Counted from the stretch's first letter, positions 8,289 through 17,339 are shown. The stretch is DNA of 61,740 bases from Desulfosalsimonadaceae bacterium (GCA_046498365.1 JAWOAV010000002.1:1-61740), one strand, 5' to 3'. Numbers and translations: made by a program. The notes: generated from the sequence alone by a model not told the origin.

Positions 8289-8442
8289 TTTTGCATTCTT
8301 GTATCAACACGATCCATATTCCCACAGGATTTGGGCTCGTAGGGGCACCCCTTGCGGGGGACCGGAATCCGGGCACCCGCAAGGGGTGCCCCCACGAGGT
8401 CTTCCTGATCATGATGACTATTGATAAATGCAAAGATTTGTA
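8289..8442. repeat. Intergenic repeat family C, copy 1 (GTAGGGGCACCC...GCAAGGGGTGCCCC long hairpin with TTTGCATTCTTGTAT / TTGATAAATGCAAAGA ends)
   Basis: Collinear similarity to 26685-26834. The core hairpin also occurs at 32693-32721. Confidence 0.8.
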
Positions 8443-8497
8443 ACTGCAGGAGCACGGCATGCTGTTCCTGTGCAGATGCCCGCACAGTGAACCTTTC

Positions 8498-10375
8498 TCA
8501 ATAACTCCCAAGGACCTTCAGGTATTCCACCGCTGCTTCCAGTTGCGCGAGGACTCCGGAAAACGCCGGGGCTTCGACATCCGCTTCCAGGTCCACATAA
8601 AACATGTATTCCCAAGGCTTTCCATGAATCGGACGCGACTCGAGCTTGACCAGGTTGACACGGTTCTCGGCAAATATTTTCAATACCTGGAAAAGGGCGC
8701 CGGGTTGGTTGCCGGTAGAAAATATGATGGACGACTTCTGTCTTGGGCCGTTTCTCATGGATTCCCGGCCGATAACGACAAAACGGGTAAAATTCCTTGG
8801 GTTGGTTTCAATGCTTTCCTCCAGTACGGCCATCCCGAAAAGCTCGGCTGCATCCTTTCCCGCAATAGCTGCCTCAGCGAGATCCCCCCTTTCCTTTATG
8901 TGGCGGACCGCCCTTGCGGTATCCGTCACGGAGACCAGGTCCCAGTCACCATGGCGCTCCAGAAACTGACGGCACTGCTGGAACACCTGGGGGTGCGAAT
9001 AAATGGAACGGATGTCATCGACGCGCGCCCCCGGATGGCCGATCAGATTGTGCTTGATGCGTAGGGTGATCTCACCGATAATTCGCAGGTCGTATTCCAG
9101 AAGAAGATCATAATTTTCATGGACGCTTCCGGCAAGGGAGTTCTCCAGCGGGACCACGCCGAAGTCGCAGGCTTCGGATTTAACCGTCTCGAACAGCCCC
9201 CGGAAGGAATCCACCGGCAGGGGTTCGACCTGGTCACCGAAAAACTGCGCGCAGGCTTTGTGGCTGAAGCTGCCCACATCCCCCAGGAAAGCGGCCCTCC
9301 GGCCTTTTCCGCCGGCTGCTTTGGCCATGTGCTTGACCGTCTTTGCCTTGTCCAGGTACCCAAAGTCGACCTGCTTGTCCACCAGCGGGGCGATGACATA
9401 CAGATCCCGCATCAGCTGGCCGAACTGCTCAGGATAAAGGCTCTGGGCACCGTCGGAGGTTGCCTGATCCGGATCGTTGTGAACCTCGATCATCAGGCCG
9501 TCCGCGCCTGCCGCAATGGCCGCCCGCGCCATGGGGCTGACCTTTTCCCGACTGCCGGTGGCGTGGCTCGGATCAATGATAACGGGCAGATGCGTCAGTT
9601 TCTTGATGACGGGGATAGCGGACAGGTCCAGGGTATTTCGGGTGTACGGCTCAAACGTGCGGATGCCCCGCTCGCATAAAATAACATTTTCATTCCCTTC
9701 GGCCAGAATGTATTCCGCCGACATGAGCCATTCCTCGATGGTTGCCGACAGGCCTCGCTTCAGCAGCACCGGCTTCCCCAATCGCCCTACAGATTTGAGC
9801 AGCTCGAAATTCTGCATATTCCTGGCGCCGATCTGGACCACGTCCACGTACTTCATCACCAGGTCCGCCTGGGCCGGCGTGGTAATCTCCGTGACAACCG
9901 GCATGCCGTATACCTGCTTGACTTCGGCCAGGATCTTTAAGCCTTCTTCCCCCATCCCCTGGAACGAATAGGGGGAAGTCCGGGGCTTGAATGCGCCGCC
10001 GCGGAACAACACCGCTCCATAACGGCGCACCTCTTTTGCGATCGCCATGACCTGGTCGCGGCTTTCCACGGCGCAGGGGCCTGCGATCACGACGATCCTT
10101 TCCCCCCCGACGGAAACATCGGCCACCTGCACCCTGCTGTCGGCGGGATGCAGCTGGCGGCTGACCAGTTTAAATGCGGTTTCAACCGGCACGACCCGGG
10201 CGACGCCGGGCAGGGATTCAAAAAAGGACAGATCACGGCCGGCGGTTCCTGTGGCACCGATAACGCTCTGCCCCGCATCGGATATCTCGCGAAACATGGC
10301 GTTCCCCTCCCGCAGCACGCTCAATATGAGATTTTTCTGCTGGGGCGTGATGTCCTGTTCAAGTACGATCAACAT
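8498..10375 (-). CDS. Fusion protein: ferredoxin-like regulatory domain + type I-beta DAHP synthase + prephenate dehydratase + ACT domain
   Basis: 625 aa. The N-terminus MLIVLEQDITPQQK...VIGATG...VARVVPVETAFKLVSRQ resembles the Thermotoga-type FL domain. DAHPS core: IAGPCAVES, KPRTSPYSFQG, DPSHATG. From about aa 355: AAFLGDVGSFSHKA...PLENSLAGSV...TRF (PDT), followed by an ACT-like tail. Confidence 0.85.
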   Translation of the reverse strand: MLIVLEQDITPQQKNLILSVLREGNAMFREISDAGQSVIGATGTAGRDLSFFESLPGVARVVPVETAFKLVSRQLHPADSRVQVADVSVGGERIVVIAGPCAVESRDQVMAIAKEVRRYGAVLFRGGAFKPRTSPYSFQGMGEEGLKILAEVKQVYGMPVVTEITTPAQADLVMKYVDVVQIGARNMQNFELLKSVGRLGKPVLLKRGLSATIEEWLMSAEYILAEGNENVILCERGIRTFEPYTRNTLDLSAIPVIKKLTHLPVIIDPSHATGSREKVSPMARAAIAAGADGLMIEVHNDPDQATSDGAQSLYPEQFGQLMRDLYVIAPLVDKQVDFGYLDKAKTVKHMAKAAGGKGRRAAFLGDVGSFSHKACAQFFGDQVEPLPVDSFRGLFETVKSEACDFGVVPLENSLAGSVHENYDLLLEYDLRIIGEITLRIKHNLIGHPGARVDDIRSIYSHPQVFQQCRQFLERHGDWDLVSVTDTARAVRHIKERGDLAEAAIAGKDAAELFGMAVLEESIETNPRNFTRFVVIGRESMRNGPRQKSSIIFSTGNQPGALFQVLKIFAENRVNLVKLESRPIHGKPWEYMFYVDLEADVEAPAFSGVLAQLEAAVEYLKVLGSY

Positions 10376-10414
10376 GGTCTTACCCTCCTGATTATGGTTT
10401 TGCCTTCTTCAGAC

Positions 10415-10445
10415 AAAAAAGCCCCGGCGGTTTCCCGCCCGGGGC
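10415..10445 (-). terminator. Intrinsic terminator T2 (10-bp GC stem with one bulge, then T6 on the minus strand), ~40 nt upstream of the DAHPS-PDT start
   Basis: Minus strand: GCCCCGGGCGG-GAAA-CCGCCGGGGC-TTTTTT. Confidence 0.7.
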
Positions 10446-10460
10446 TTTTTCTTTTGGACA

Positions 10461-10498
10461 AAAAAAACCCCGGGTGGACGGAGATCGTCCACCCGGGG
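10461..10498 (-). terminator. Intrinsic terminator T1 (13-bp perfect stem, then T7 on the minus strand), 18 nt after the leader-ORF stop
   Basis: Minus strand: CCCCGGGTGGACG-ATCTC-CGTCCACCCGGGG-TTTTTTT. Confidence 0.8.
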
Positions 10499-10516
10499 GA
10501 TATCATTACTGAATCA

Positions 10517-10630
10517 TCAGCGCTGCATCACCGGATGGACGCTTCTAAAGATAAAAAAGAAGCGCCGAAAGCTGAAAAAAAACCTGCAGCTTGCGTAATC
10601 CGGTGTCATGTACATATCGTCTTTCATCAT
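10517..10630 (-). CDS. Candidate Phe-rich leader peptide (37 aa) of a transcription attenuator
   Basis: Part of ORF 10517..10717. ATG at 10630 has AGGA 7 nt upstream. The sequence is MMKDDMYMTPDYASCRFFFSFRRFFFIFRSVHPVMQR, with 8 Phe in 12 consecutive codons. Confidence 0.6.
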   Translation of the reverse strand: MMKDDMYMTPDYASCRFFFSFRRFFFIFRSVHPVMQR

Positions 10631-10752
10631 TTGGTTTTTCCTGCCCTTGCCGCTCCAGCTATTCCACGTTCCAAAGGACTGCCCGCCAGTCCTGTCTGCG
10701 ATGCGGATACCCTTCATTTACAACCTCCAGCCGGCCCAGTCAAGTTTTCTTT

Positions 10753-11895
10753 TTACGATATAGCCCCCGCTTTCCCCATCGGCATTTTTTGAGATGCGGG
10801 TTCCGGGAAATCGATTTCCACACGGTTCCGGCCGTTGGCTTTGGCCCTGTAGAGCGCGTTGTCGGCCCTGTAAATCATTTCATCGATGCTTTCTACGGGT
10901 CGATACGATGTGATTCCCGTGGAAATCGTTACCTGAAAGGAATCCGGAAATCCGGCGAAGCTTGCGCTGCATACACTTTTCTGAATTCTCTGGGCGCATT
11001 CCGCCGCCCCGGAAATATCGGTTCCGGGCATGATGACAAGAAATTCCTCCCCGCCGTAGCGGGCGATCATGTCCGTATCCCGGAGCTCGCCGGCGACGTC
11101 CCGGACCAGCTTTTTTAAAACATCGTCCCCCTTCCGATGCCCGAAGGTATCATTGACCTGCTTGAAATGGTCCAGGTCGAAAATGGCGATGGAAAACGGT
11201 ATTCCGCTTCGATCGGCGAGGCTCTTGACCCTTTGAAGCTCCTGGAACATGTGTCGGCGGTTGTAGACCTGGGTGAGGTCGTCGTGAATGGCAAGGGCTT
11301 CAATGGTCGTGAGCGCATGCCCCAGTTTCCGGTTGGCCGCGGAAAGCCGGTTCCGGAGAGAACTGATGTAGCTGCCGATAATGGAAAACCAGAACAGAAC
11401 CGTCCCGAATACAAGCAGCTGAAGGACTTCAATTCGGGGGTCCACCTTCTCCGGATGGTTGTAAGAGAGCGCCAGCACGACCAGGCCGTAGCTGCAAAGG
11501 GTGAACAGGGCGAAACTGAAAAATTGCCGGGTGTTGAACCGGAAGACCCCGAAGATAAAGGTCATGAAATAGATCAGCAGCATCAGTGCGCGGACCTGGT
11601 CGGTAAAATATATGACAAACATGGCGCCGATGGTCGCGGCGACCATCTGTACAAAGGTCAGGCTCGGATCAGCCAATCGTCGGTTCAGACCGGTGCGCAG
11701 CAGAACGTAGATACCGATATTGAAAACAATGAAGACGCTGTAAAACAGGAATGCCAGTTCAATGGAGAGACGGATCAGGCCCAGGTGATAACAATAGATG
11801 ATCAATAACAGCCATATGATGTACGCAGCCACGGCGATAAAAAACCGCCGGATGCGGATGGCCTGGAAAGGATCGTCTCCGGGTTTTCTTGTCAT
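10753..11895 (-). CDS. Membrane-anchored diguanylate cyclase (GGDEF domain)
   Basis: Polytopic N-terminal half, then HDDLTQVYNRR...RYGGEEFLVIMPG...ADNALYRAKANGRN. Confidence 0.9.
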   Translation of the reverse strand: MTRKPGDDPFQAIRIRRFFIAVAAYIIWLLLIIYCYHLGLIRLSIELAFLFYSVFIVFNIGIYVLLRTGLNRRLADPSLTFVQMVAATIGAMFVIYFTDQVRALMLLIYFMTFIFGVFRFNTRQFFSFALFTLCSYGLVVLALSYNHPEKVDPRIEVLQLLVFGTVLFWFSIIGSYISSLRNRLSAANRKLGHALTTIEALAIHDDLTQVYNRRHMFQELQRVKSLADRSGIPFSIAIFDLDHFKQVNDTFGHRKGDDVLKKLVRDVAGELRDTDMIARYGGEEFLVIMPGTDISGAAECAQRIQKSVCSASFAGFPDSFQVTISTGITSYRPVESIDEMIYRADNALYRAKANGRNRVEIDFPEPASQKMPMGKAGAIS

Positions 11896-12010
11896 GAAAA
11901 AACGCTTCCTGATCTGGTCATTGGCGTTGGGATTATGGTCTTCTGGATCGGTATTTCTTTACCATGTTTGAAGGTAAAACGCCATTCCTTTTATCCGGTG
12001 AATTTTACCT

Positions 12011-15000
12011 TTATGGCTGCCGGGTGCAGGGGATGCTGTCTTCAAATGAAGCGTTCAGTTTCTCGATGGCATCGAGATATTCCCTGGATTGGGCGAGATA
12101 AAATGCCAGGGGCCGCGAAAAATTCCGGCCGGCGATGCCGTCGATAAACATCTGGCTGATTTCACGCTCCATGGTAAGGATTTTCTGGGCGCGGATGATT
12201 ACACAACGCTCATCCGGCGGCATTTCCGCCAGAATCGTTCGAAACGCCGTCCGGGCCCTGGGCTGGTACATCCAGAAATAGAGCAGGTCCAGGGAATTGA
12301 TGATCATAATCCGTATCAGATCCCTTGACGGATGGCCCGACAATTCGAACCAATGCCCCGGCCGGTCGAGAAGGCCGTAGACATCCTTTTCCGGAAACTG
12401 CATCTCCAGCTTTGCATAAACGCCGAAAAACTGTTCAAGGCGGTGCCGGTAGTCCTTCATTCGGTTCTTGATGTTTCCGGCCCGGTCAACGGCCCCTTCG
12501 ATGAAACCGGCGACAAAATCGGATGCGAACTTCGAAATCACGGCCGCACCGCTCTGCAGCACCGCGGCGACGTTTGGCACCCCCGCAAAGCCGAGGAAAA
12601 CGCCCAGGCCGGCATTCAGGCCGAATGCCACGGGTATGGACAAGGCGCTTCGGAAAAAATTGGCGAATGCCGCTTCCTTGGGCAGGCCGCGAAACAGGTT
12701 GTGGCTCGTGAGGTAGATGCCATTGGCCAGTGCCATTACCGAATAAAGGACAACCGGACCGGTTTCGGTGTTGACACCAAAACCCCGGTCCAGAGCGACG
12801 GTTTTTACCAGGTAATCCAGCAGGGGCACGGAAAAACCCGTGAACATGAGGGAATCCGCAAGCCGGTCCCAGCTTATGAAATCATTCCATTTCAGCAGGG
12901 ATGAGCGCCGGATGCCTCCGCCTGCCACAACTGACTGGATGATATTTCTGAGGCCCGTGATGCCAAACCAGATAAAGGCCCCGAAATACATCAGCAGCCA
13001 CCCGTCATGGGACCATAAAAAAGTCAAAAATGCGGGCGTGAATCCGATCAGCACCTTAAGCAGGTTTTTCCAGCGGGTCTGGAGATAGCGCCATGAATAG
13101 CTCACGCGATGCGGTTTTTCGTCCGGGGGGTCCAGAAACAGGCCGTTTGACCGCTCTTTTTTTATCCCGCCAAGAGTGGTGATGTTCCCCTGCGGCACCA
13201 TGCGGATGGAATCGACCCTGGCGACCCATTCGACCCGGCAGGGAAGCCCGATGTGCGCAAGGAACGGCAGCATTCGCAGCCATTTGAGCAACAAGAAAAC
13301 CCGTCCGTTTTTCCCGTTGGCGCCGTTGGCGCCGAAGGTTTTCCGATAGGCCACATCGACGTGAAACGGCACCCGCAGGTGGGGTACCTCCCGATTACAA
13401 AGGATGCTGCGTCTTGCACGGCGCGGCAATGAATCCATAACGGCGAGCCCCATGCCGTACAGACTGGGGGAATATCCCGTGGAATCACTTCCCATGCGGG
13501 CCTTGACAGACTTCCCCTTGTACATATTCTTCAAGGATTCGATGTGCGCGAGGATGGTTTTCATTTTTTGGACACGAGCCTGAGCACCCGGATCGGGATC
13601 GTTTTCCAGCCGGTCGATAATATCCGTGATGATCCGCTTCAGTTTAATGACGTTGCCGGTGTTGATACACCGCTGAAGCTTGTGAATTTCCGGAATATGA
13701 TCAACTATCCCCTGGGCGTGGTCCTTGAGGTTGAAAATCTCCAGCCGTGTAATCCGTCCCTTGCAGTCATAGATGAGCTCCAGAACATCTTCCACTTTCA
13801 TGTTGGTCAGGTTCAGGGTGATCCTGTAGCCCGACCGAAGGCGATCGAGTCTTTCGATCAATTCCGGTGCCGTATGCTTCATCAGGTGCGGGACATCATG
13901 ATTTTCATATTTCCGCCCGGACGCGGGTTTGAGATAAAAATCATGGATCAACTCCATATCAAACCGGTCCATTTCCTCAACCCGCTTTTCAATGCGCGCT
14001 TGCTCCTCCATGTCGGCATTCGCATATTGATTACGAAGTTCCGCTACCTTCGATTGCATTGCCGGGAGCATGTTTCGATGAATGAATTGCGCCAGATGAA
14101 GCAGCGAAGCCTGCCCGATGCCGACGAACGTCAAAAACCTTGCCACATCGAGTTCGGGAAAATCAATGCCGAATTTTTCCCCCAGCATGGGACGATGGAC
14201 GCGGTTGAACTCCTCCAGCACCCCGACAACCTGGTTCCGCTGAAAATCCGACACCTCTCCCCCGTCGTTCATGAGGGCATCCACCGCATCATCAGAAAGA
14301 AACCGTATAAAATCCTTCGCGTCAGCAAATCCGCGCGGAACCCATATGATCTGGGCGAAGCCGCTGTGAAAGGCAACCGGGAACTCAATGCCGATGCGAA
14401 CGTCGATGCCCATGATGGATGAGGCCTCCATCAGTTCCTCGGCGGTTTCCGGGCGGATGAAATTGTAATATATCACCCGCAGCCGACGAATGCCTTTTAT
14501 CCATGCATCCATGATCAGATGCGTGGCCGACTTGCGACCCTTGGTATTGGCATCGTGGACATGGTCGTCAAATGCCAGTTGATTCCATTCTTCCGGCATT
14601 TCCAGCAAACGATATTTTTTCAAATAAAACCGGACAATACGGGGTTTTCCGGAGGCGACCAGGCGGAAGTCGTGGGCCAGTTCTAGCTGACGGGGGTATT
14701 CGTCCGCTGCGCGCACGAGGTCCTTCATGATCTCAATGAGCACACGCGCGGTATTGATCTGAAGGTTCTGGTCCGTGCTGCACATCACCTCGTCGCGAAG
14801 GGCCCTCAAAGCGCAGATGCGGTTGTCCACCTGGCCTTCCTGAAGAGACTCCAGAAGATGGATCACGGCGTAGGCGATCCGCAATCCCTTGGACTCTGCC
14901 ATCTCCTTTATTCCGCGGGGATGGAGGTGATGAAAAAACCGTCTCTGGTCGTGAAGGATGGACTTGTCCCCTTTTATCATCTCGTTGACGATCAAAAGGA

Positions 15001-15061
15001 GATCATGATCCCGTTGATCGAAAAAAAACCTTGAAAAATGAACCTTCTGGTCCTGTTCCAA
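12011..15061 (-). CDS. Large conserved-looking hypothetical protein (1016 aa): ~640-aa soluble N-terminal region, polytopic membrane region and soluble tail
   Basis: Long uninterrupted ORF with a coding-like composition. Hydrophobic segments include LIGFTPAFLTFLW, LLMYFGAFIWFGITGL and ALSIPVAFGLNAGLGVFLGFAG. I recognise no family motif. Confidence 0.7.
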   Translation of the reverse strand: MEQDQKVHFSRFFFDQRDHDLLLIVNEMIKGDKSILHDQRRFFHHLHPRGIKEMAESKGLRIAYAVIHLLESLQEGQVDNRICALRALRDEVMCSTDQNLQINTARVLIEIMKDLVRAADEYPRQLELAHDFRLVASGKPRIVRFYLKKYRLLEMPEEWNQLAFDDHVHDANTKGRKSATHLIMDAWIKGIRRLRVIYYNFIRPETAEELMEASSIMGIDVRIGIEFPVAFHSGFAQIIWVPRGFADAKDFIRFLSDDAVDALMNDGGEVSDFQRNQVVGVLEEFNRVHRPMLGEKFGIDFPELDVARFLTFVGIGQASLLHLAQFIHRNMLPAMQSKVAELRNQYANADMEEQARIEKRVEEMDRFDMELIHDFYLKPASGRKYENHDVPHLMKHTAPELIERLDRLRSGYRITLNLTNMKVEDVLELIYDCKGRITRLEIFNLKDHAQGIVDHIPEIHKLQRCINTGNVIKLKRIITDIIDRLENDPDPGAQARVQKMKTILAHIESLKNMYKGKSVKARMGSDSTGYSPSLYGMGLAVMDSLPRRARRSILCNREVPHLRVPFHVDVAYRKTFGANGANGKNGRVFLLLKWLRMLPFLAHIGLPCRVEWVARVDSIRMVPQGNITTLGGIKKERSNGLFLDPPDEKPHRVSYSWRYLQTRWKNLLKVLIGFTPAFLTFLWSHDGWLLMYFGAFIWFGITGLRNIIQSVVAGGGIRRSSLLKWNDFISWDRLADSLMFTGFSVPLLDYLVKTVALDRGFGVNTETGPVVLYSVMALANGIYLTSHNLFRGLPKEAAFANFFRSALSIPVAFGLNAGLGVFLGFAGVPNVAAVLQSGAAVISKFASDFVAGFIEGAVDRAGNIKNRMKDYRHRLEQFFGVYAKLEMQFPEKDVYGLLDRPGHWFELSGHPSRDLIRIMIINSLDLLYFWMYQPRARTAFRTILAEMPPDERCVIIRAQKILTMEREISQMFIDGIAGRNFSRPLAFYLAQSREYLDAIEKLNASFEDSIPCTRQP

Positions 15062-15347
15062 AAATATTCCCCCACGCTATAGGGTTGTCCGCTTAAGGCC
15101 CTGATTTTATCCGGTGACTTGAGCTTTTATATTACCAGCTACTCGTGCATGGCGCAACCGGGTTTGCAATGTCTGTAGGGTTTTCTTCCGCTGCCGCCAG
15201 CCATAATTCTCCTTGAAAAACCAGCCGCAAAGCGCTATTATATGCGTGATACATGGGTCAACTGCAATGCATTGACAAAGGGGCAAGGGTTTTGCAGCGG
15301 AATAACGCCAGAAAATCCAAACATACAGCCTGCAGATACCGGTAGCA

Positions 15348-16106
15348 ATGATTAATCGTCTGATCGTCATATCATGGTTCACCTTTGTCGCCGTCACATC
15401 GGTGTTTTTCTTTATTATCGCCCTGATTTTACGGCTGTTTACCAAGCCCTTCGACCCCAGACTTACAGTGCTCCAGCAGTTTACCTGTTTCTGGGCATCG
15501 CTTTATACCTGGATCATTCCCGCGTGGCGCATACATATCCGGGGGAAAGAAAACATCGTTCGCAACCGGACCTACGTGGTTGTCTCCAACCATCAATCAC
15601 TGCTTGACATTCTTGTGCTTTTCAACCTGTTTTTCCACTTCAAATTCGTTTCCAAGATCGAAATCTTCAAAATCCCTTTCATCGGCTGGAACATGTACCT
15701 GAATCAGTATATCCGCCTGAAACGGGGGGACCGGAAAAGCATTGAACAGATGATGGCCGATGCTGAAAAGGCGCTGTCTCAAGGCAATTCCGTCCTTATT
15801 TTCCCCGAAGGCTCGCGTTCTCCGGACGGAAAGATCAAGCCCTTCAAGCCGGGGGCATTTATTCTCGCCCGGAAAATGGGACTGCCGATTCTGCCCATTA
15901 CCATATCCGGCACCAACACCGCACTGCCCAAATACAGCCTTGACTTTCACGGCTCGCATGATATCCAAATCCACGTTTTAAAAGAAATCCCCTACGAATA
16001 CTTTTCCCACATGACCACCGAAGAAATCTCCGACATGGTGCGCAATATCATTATCAACGACCTTTCAGACAGGCAGCATCCGGCTGCAGAAGACAAAGCC
16101 GCCTGA
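15348..16106 (+). CDS. plsC: 1-acyl-sn-glycerol-3-phosphate acyltransferase (lysophospholipid acyltransferase family)
   Basis: NHQSLLD (HX4D) and FPEGSRS motifs, with an N-terminal membrane anchor. Confidence 0.85.
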   Translation: MINRLIVISWFTFVAVTSVFFFIIALILRLFTKPFDPRLTVLQQFTCFWASLYTWIIPAWRIHIRGKENIVRNRTYVVVSNHQSLLDILVLFNLFFHFKFVSKIEIFKIPFIGWNMYLNQYIRLKRGDRKSIEQMMADAEKALSQGNSVLIFPEGSRSPDGKIKPFKPGAFILARKMGLPILPITISGTNTALPKYSLDFHGSHDIQIHVLKEIPYEYFSHMTTEEISDMVRNIIINDLSDRQHPAAEDKAA

Positions 16107-16277
16107 GAACCCTTCTGGAGCCGTCATCCCTTCCGTATATTTTCTTCAAAATCTTTTTTGATTATTCCTCCCATCGGGATTACCTTATCAATTAAAACAT
16201 GGTTCGCAGCGGCTTCGCAAAAAAACCTTTTTCCGATTCTGCCGGCCATATTTATTTTAATACAAGAGCCGTCTGAA

Positions 16278-17339
16278 ATGAATGAAAGCAAAAAGCGCCC
16301 TGAAAAATACGGATGCCAAAACCAGCCAGATTCACAATTCAGCCGACCTGAGGACATGACTTCATCTTCCGATGTCCGTCCGGGGGTTTCGACGCTCCTT
16401 GACGAACTCAACAACTGCCTGTTGAAGCTTGAACGGCAAAAGGACCAGCTGCGGGAAACCAATTTTGAATTGGATCTGTCATATCGGCGTTTCTGCGAAC
16501 TGTACGCACTTGTTCCGAACAAAACCACACATCCGAAACCCGATGCGGCCGCCAGCGAAATCCCCCCTGATAAAGACGGCCATTTTGAAAAAATATCTTT
16601 GCTCCGGTATCGGGAAGCACCATGGCGGAAAACGGAAAACGGCGAAAGTAGCGGCCTCTGCTCGGCCCAGGAAAAACTCCGCCATTTTTCCCACAAGACA
16701 TTGGAAATACTGGAAAATGAACGCAAGCGGATCGCCATGGAAATTCATGACGGGCTGGGAGGAAGCCTCGCGGCCATAAAATTCCTGTTGGAAGATATTT
16801 TATCCAGAAACGGGGATAATGCCGAAATCGCGGAGCCGCTGCACCAGACGGTCCAGTACATAAAGGATACTATCAAGAAAACCAAGAGTATATCCGCAGG
16901 CCTTCGCCCTATCATGCTCGATGACCTTGGTCTTAAATCCACCATTCGATGGTGCTGCAGCAAGCTCAAGCAAACCTTCCCTGAAATTACATTGATCCTT
17001 GAAATCAATATCGATGAATCCATGATCGATGATTCCCAGAAAATACTCATCTACCGGATCATACAGGAAGCCATGACCAACGCGGCAAAGCACGGGGGGG
17101 CGGACACGATATGGCTGTCCCTCAACCAGTCGAATGAACGCCTGGAACTGGAAATAACGGACAACGGATGCGGTTTTGATACCGGCAGGGTTTTATCCGA
17201 CAAATACCGGGACGGCAACGGATACGGACTCTGCGGGATAAAGGCGAAAACGGAAATCTGCGGCGGCGCCTTTTGCATCAATTCACTTGAGAACAAGGGA
17301 ACCGCCCTGCGGATCACGCTGCCCCTGACCGGGTGCTGA
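16278..17339 (+). CDS. Cytoplasmic sensor histidine kinase, HisKA_3 (NarX/DegS-like) type
   Basis: Lies in ORF 16158..17339 and the start is uncertain. ERKRIAMEIHDGLGGSL (H-box), NAAKHG (N-box), and DNGCGFD...GYGL (G-boxes). Confidence 0.8.
   Translation: MNESKKRPEKYGCQNQPDSQFSRPEDMTSSSDVRPGVSTLLDELNNCLLKLERQKDQLRETNFELDLSYRRFCELYALVPNKTTHPKPDAAASEIPPDKDGHFEKISLLRYREAPWRKTENGESSGLCSAQEKLRHFSHKTLEILENERKRIAMEIHDGLGGSLAAIKFLLEDILSRNGDNAEIAEPLHQTVQYIKDTIKKTKSISAGLRPIMLDDLGLKSTIRWCCSKLKQTFPEITLILEINIDESMIDDSQKILIYRIIQEAMTNAAKHGGADTIWLSLNQSNERLELEITDNGCGFDTGRVLSDKYRDGNGYGLCGIKAKTEICGGAFCINSLENKGTALRITLPLTGC

Noticed and set aside
12011-15061. A phospholipase-D (HKD) or site-specific-recombinase-like assignment for the 1016-aa protein, prompted by HVHDANTKGRKSATHLIMD.
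   Set aside because: The spacing does not fit H-x-K-x4-D-x6-GSxN, and I cannot recall a matching family sequence with confidence. It is left as hypothetical.
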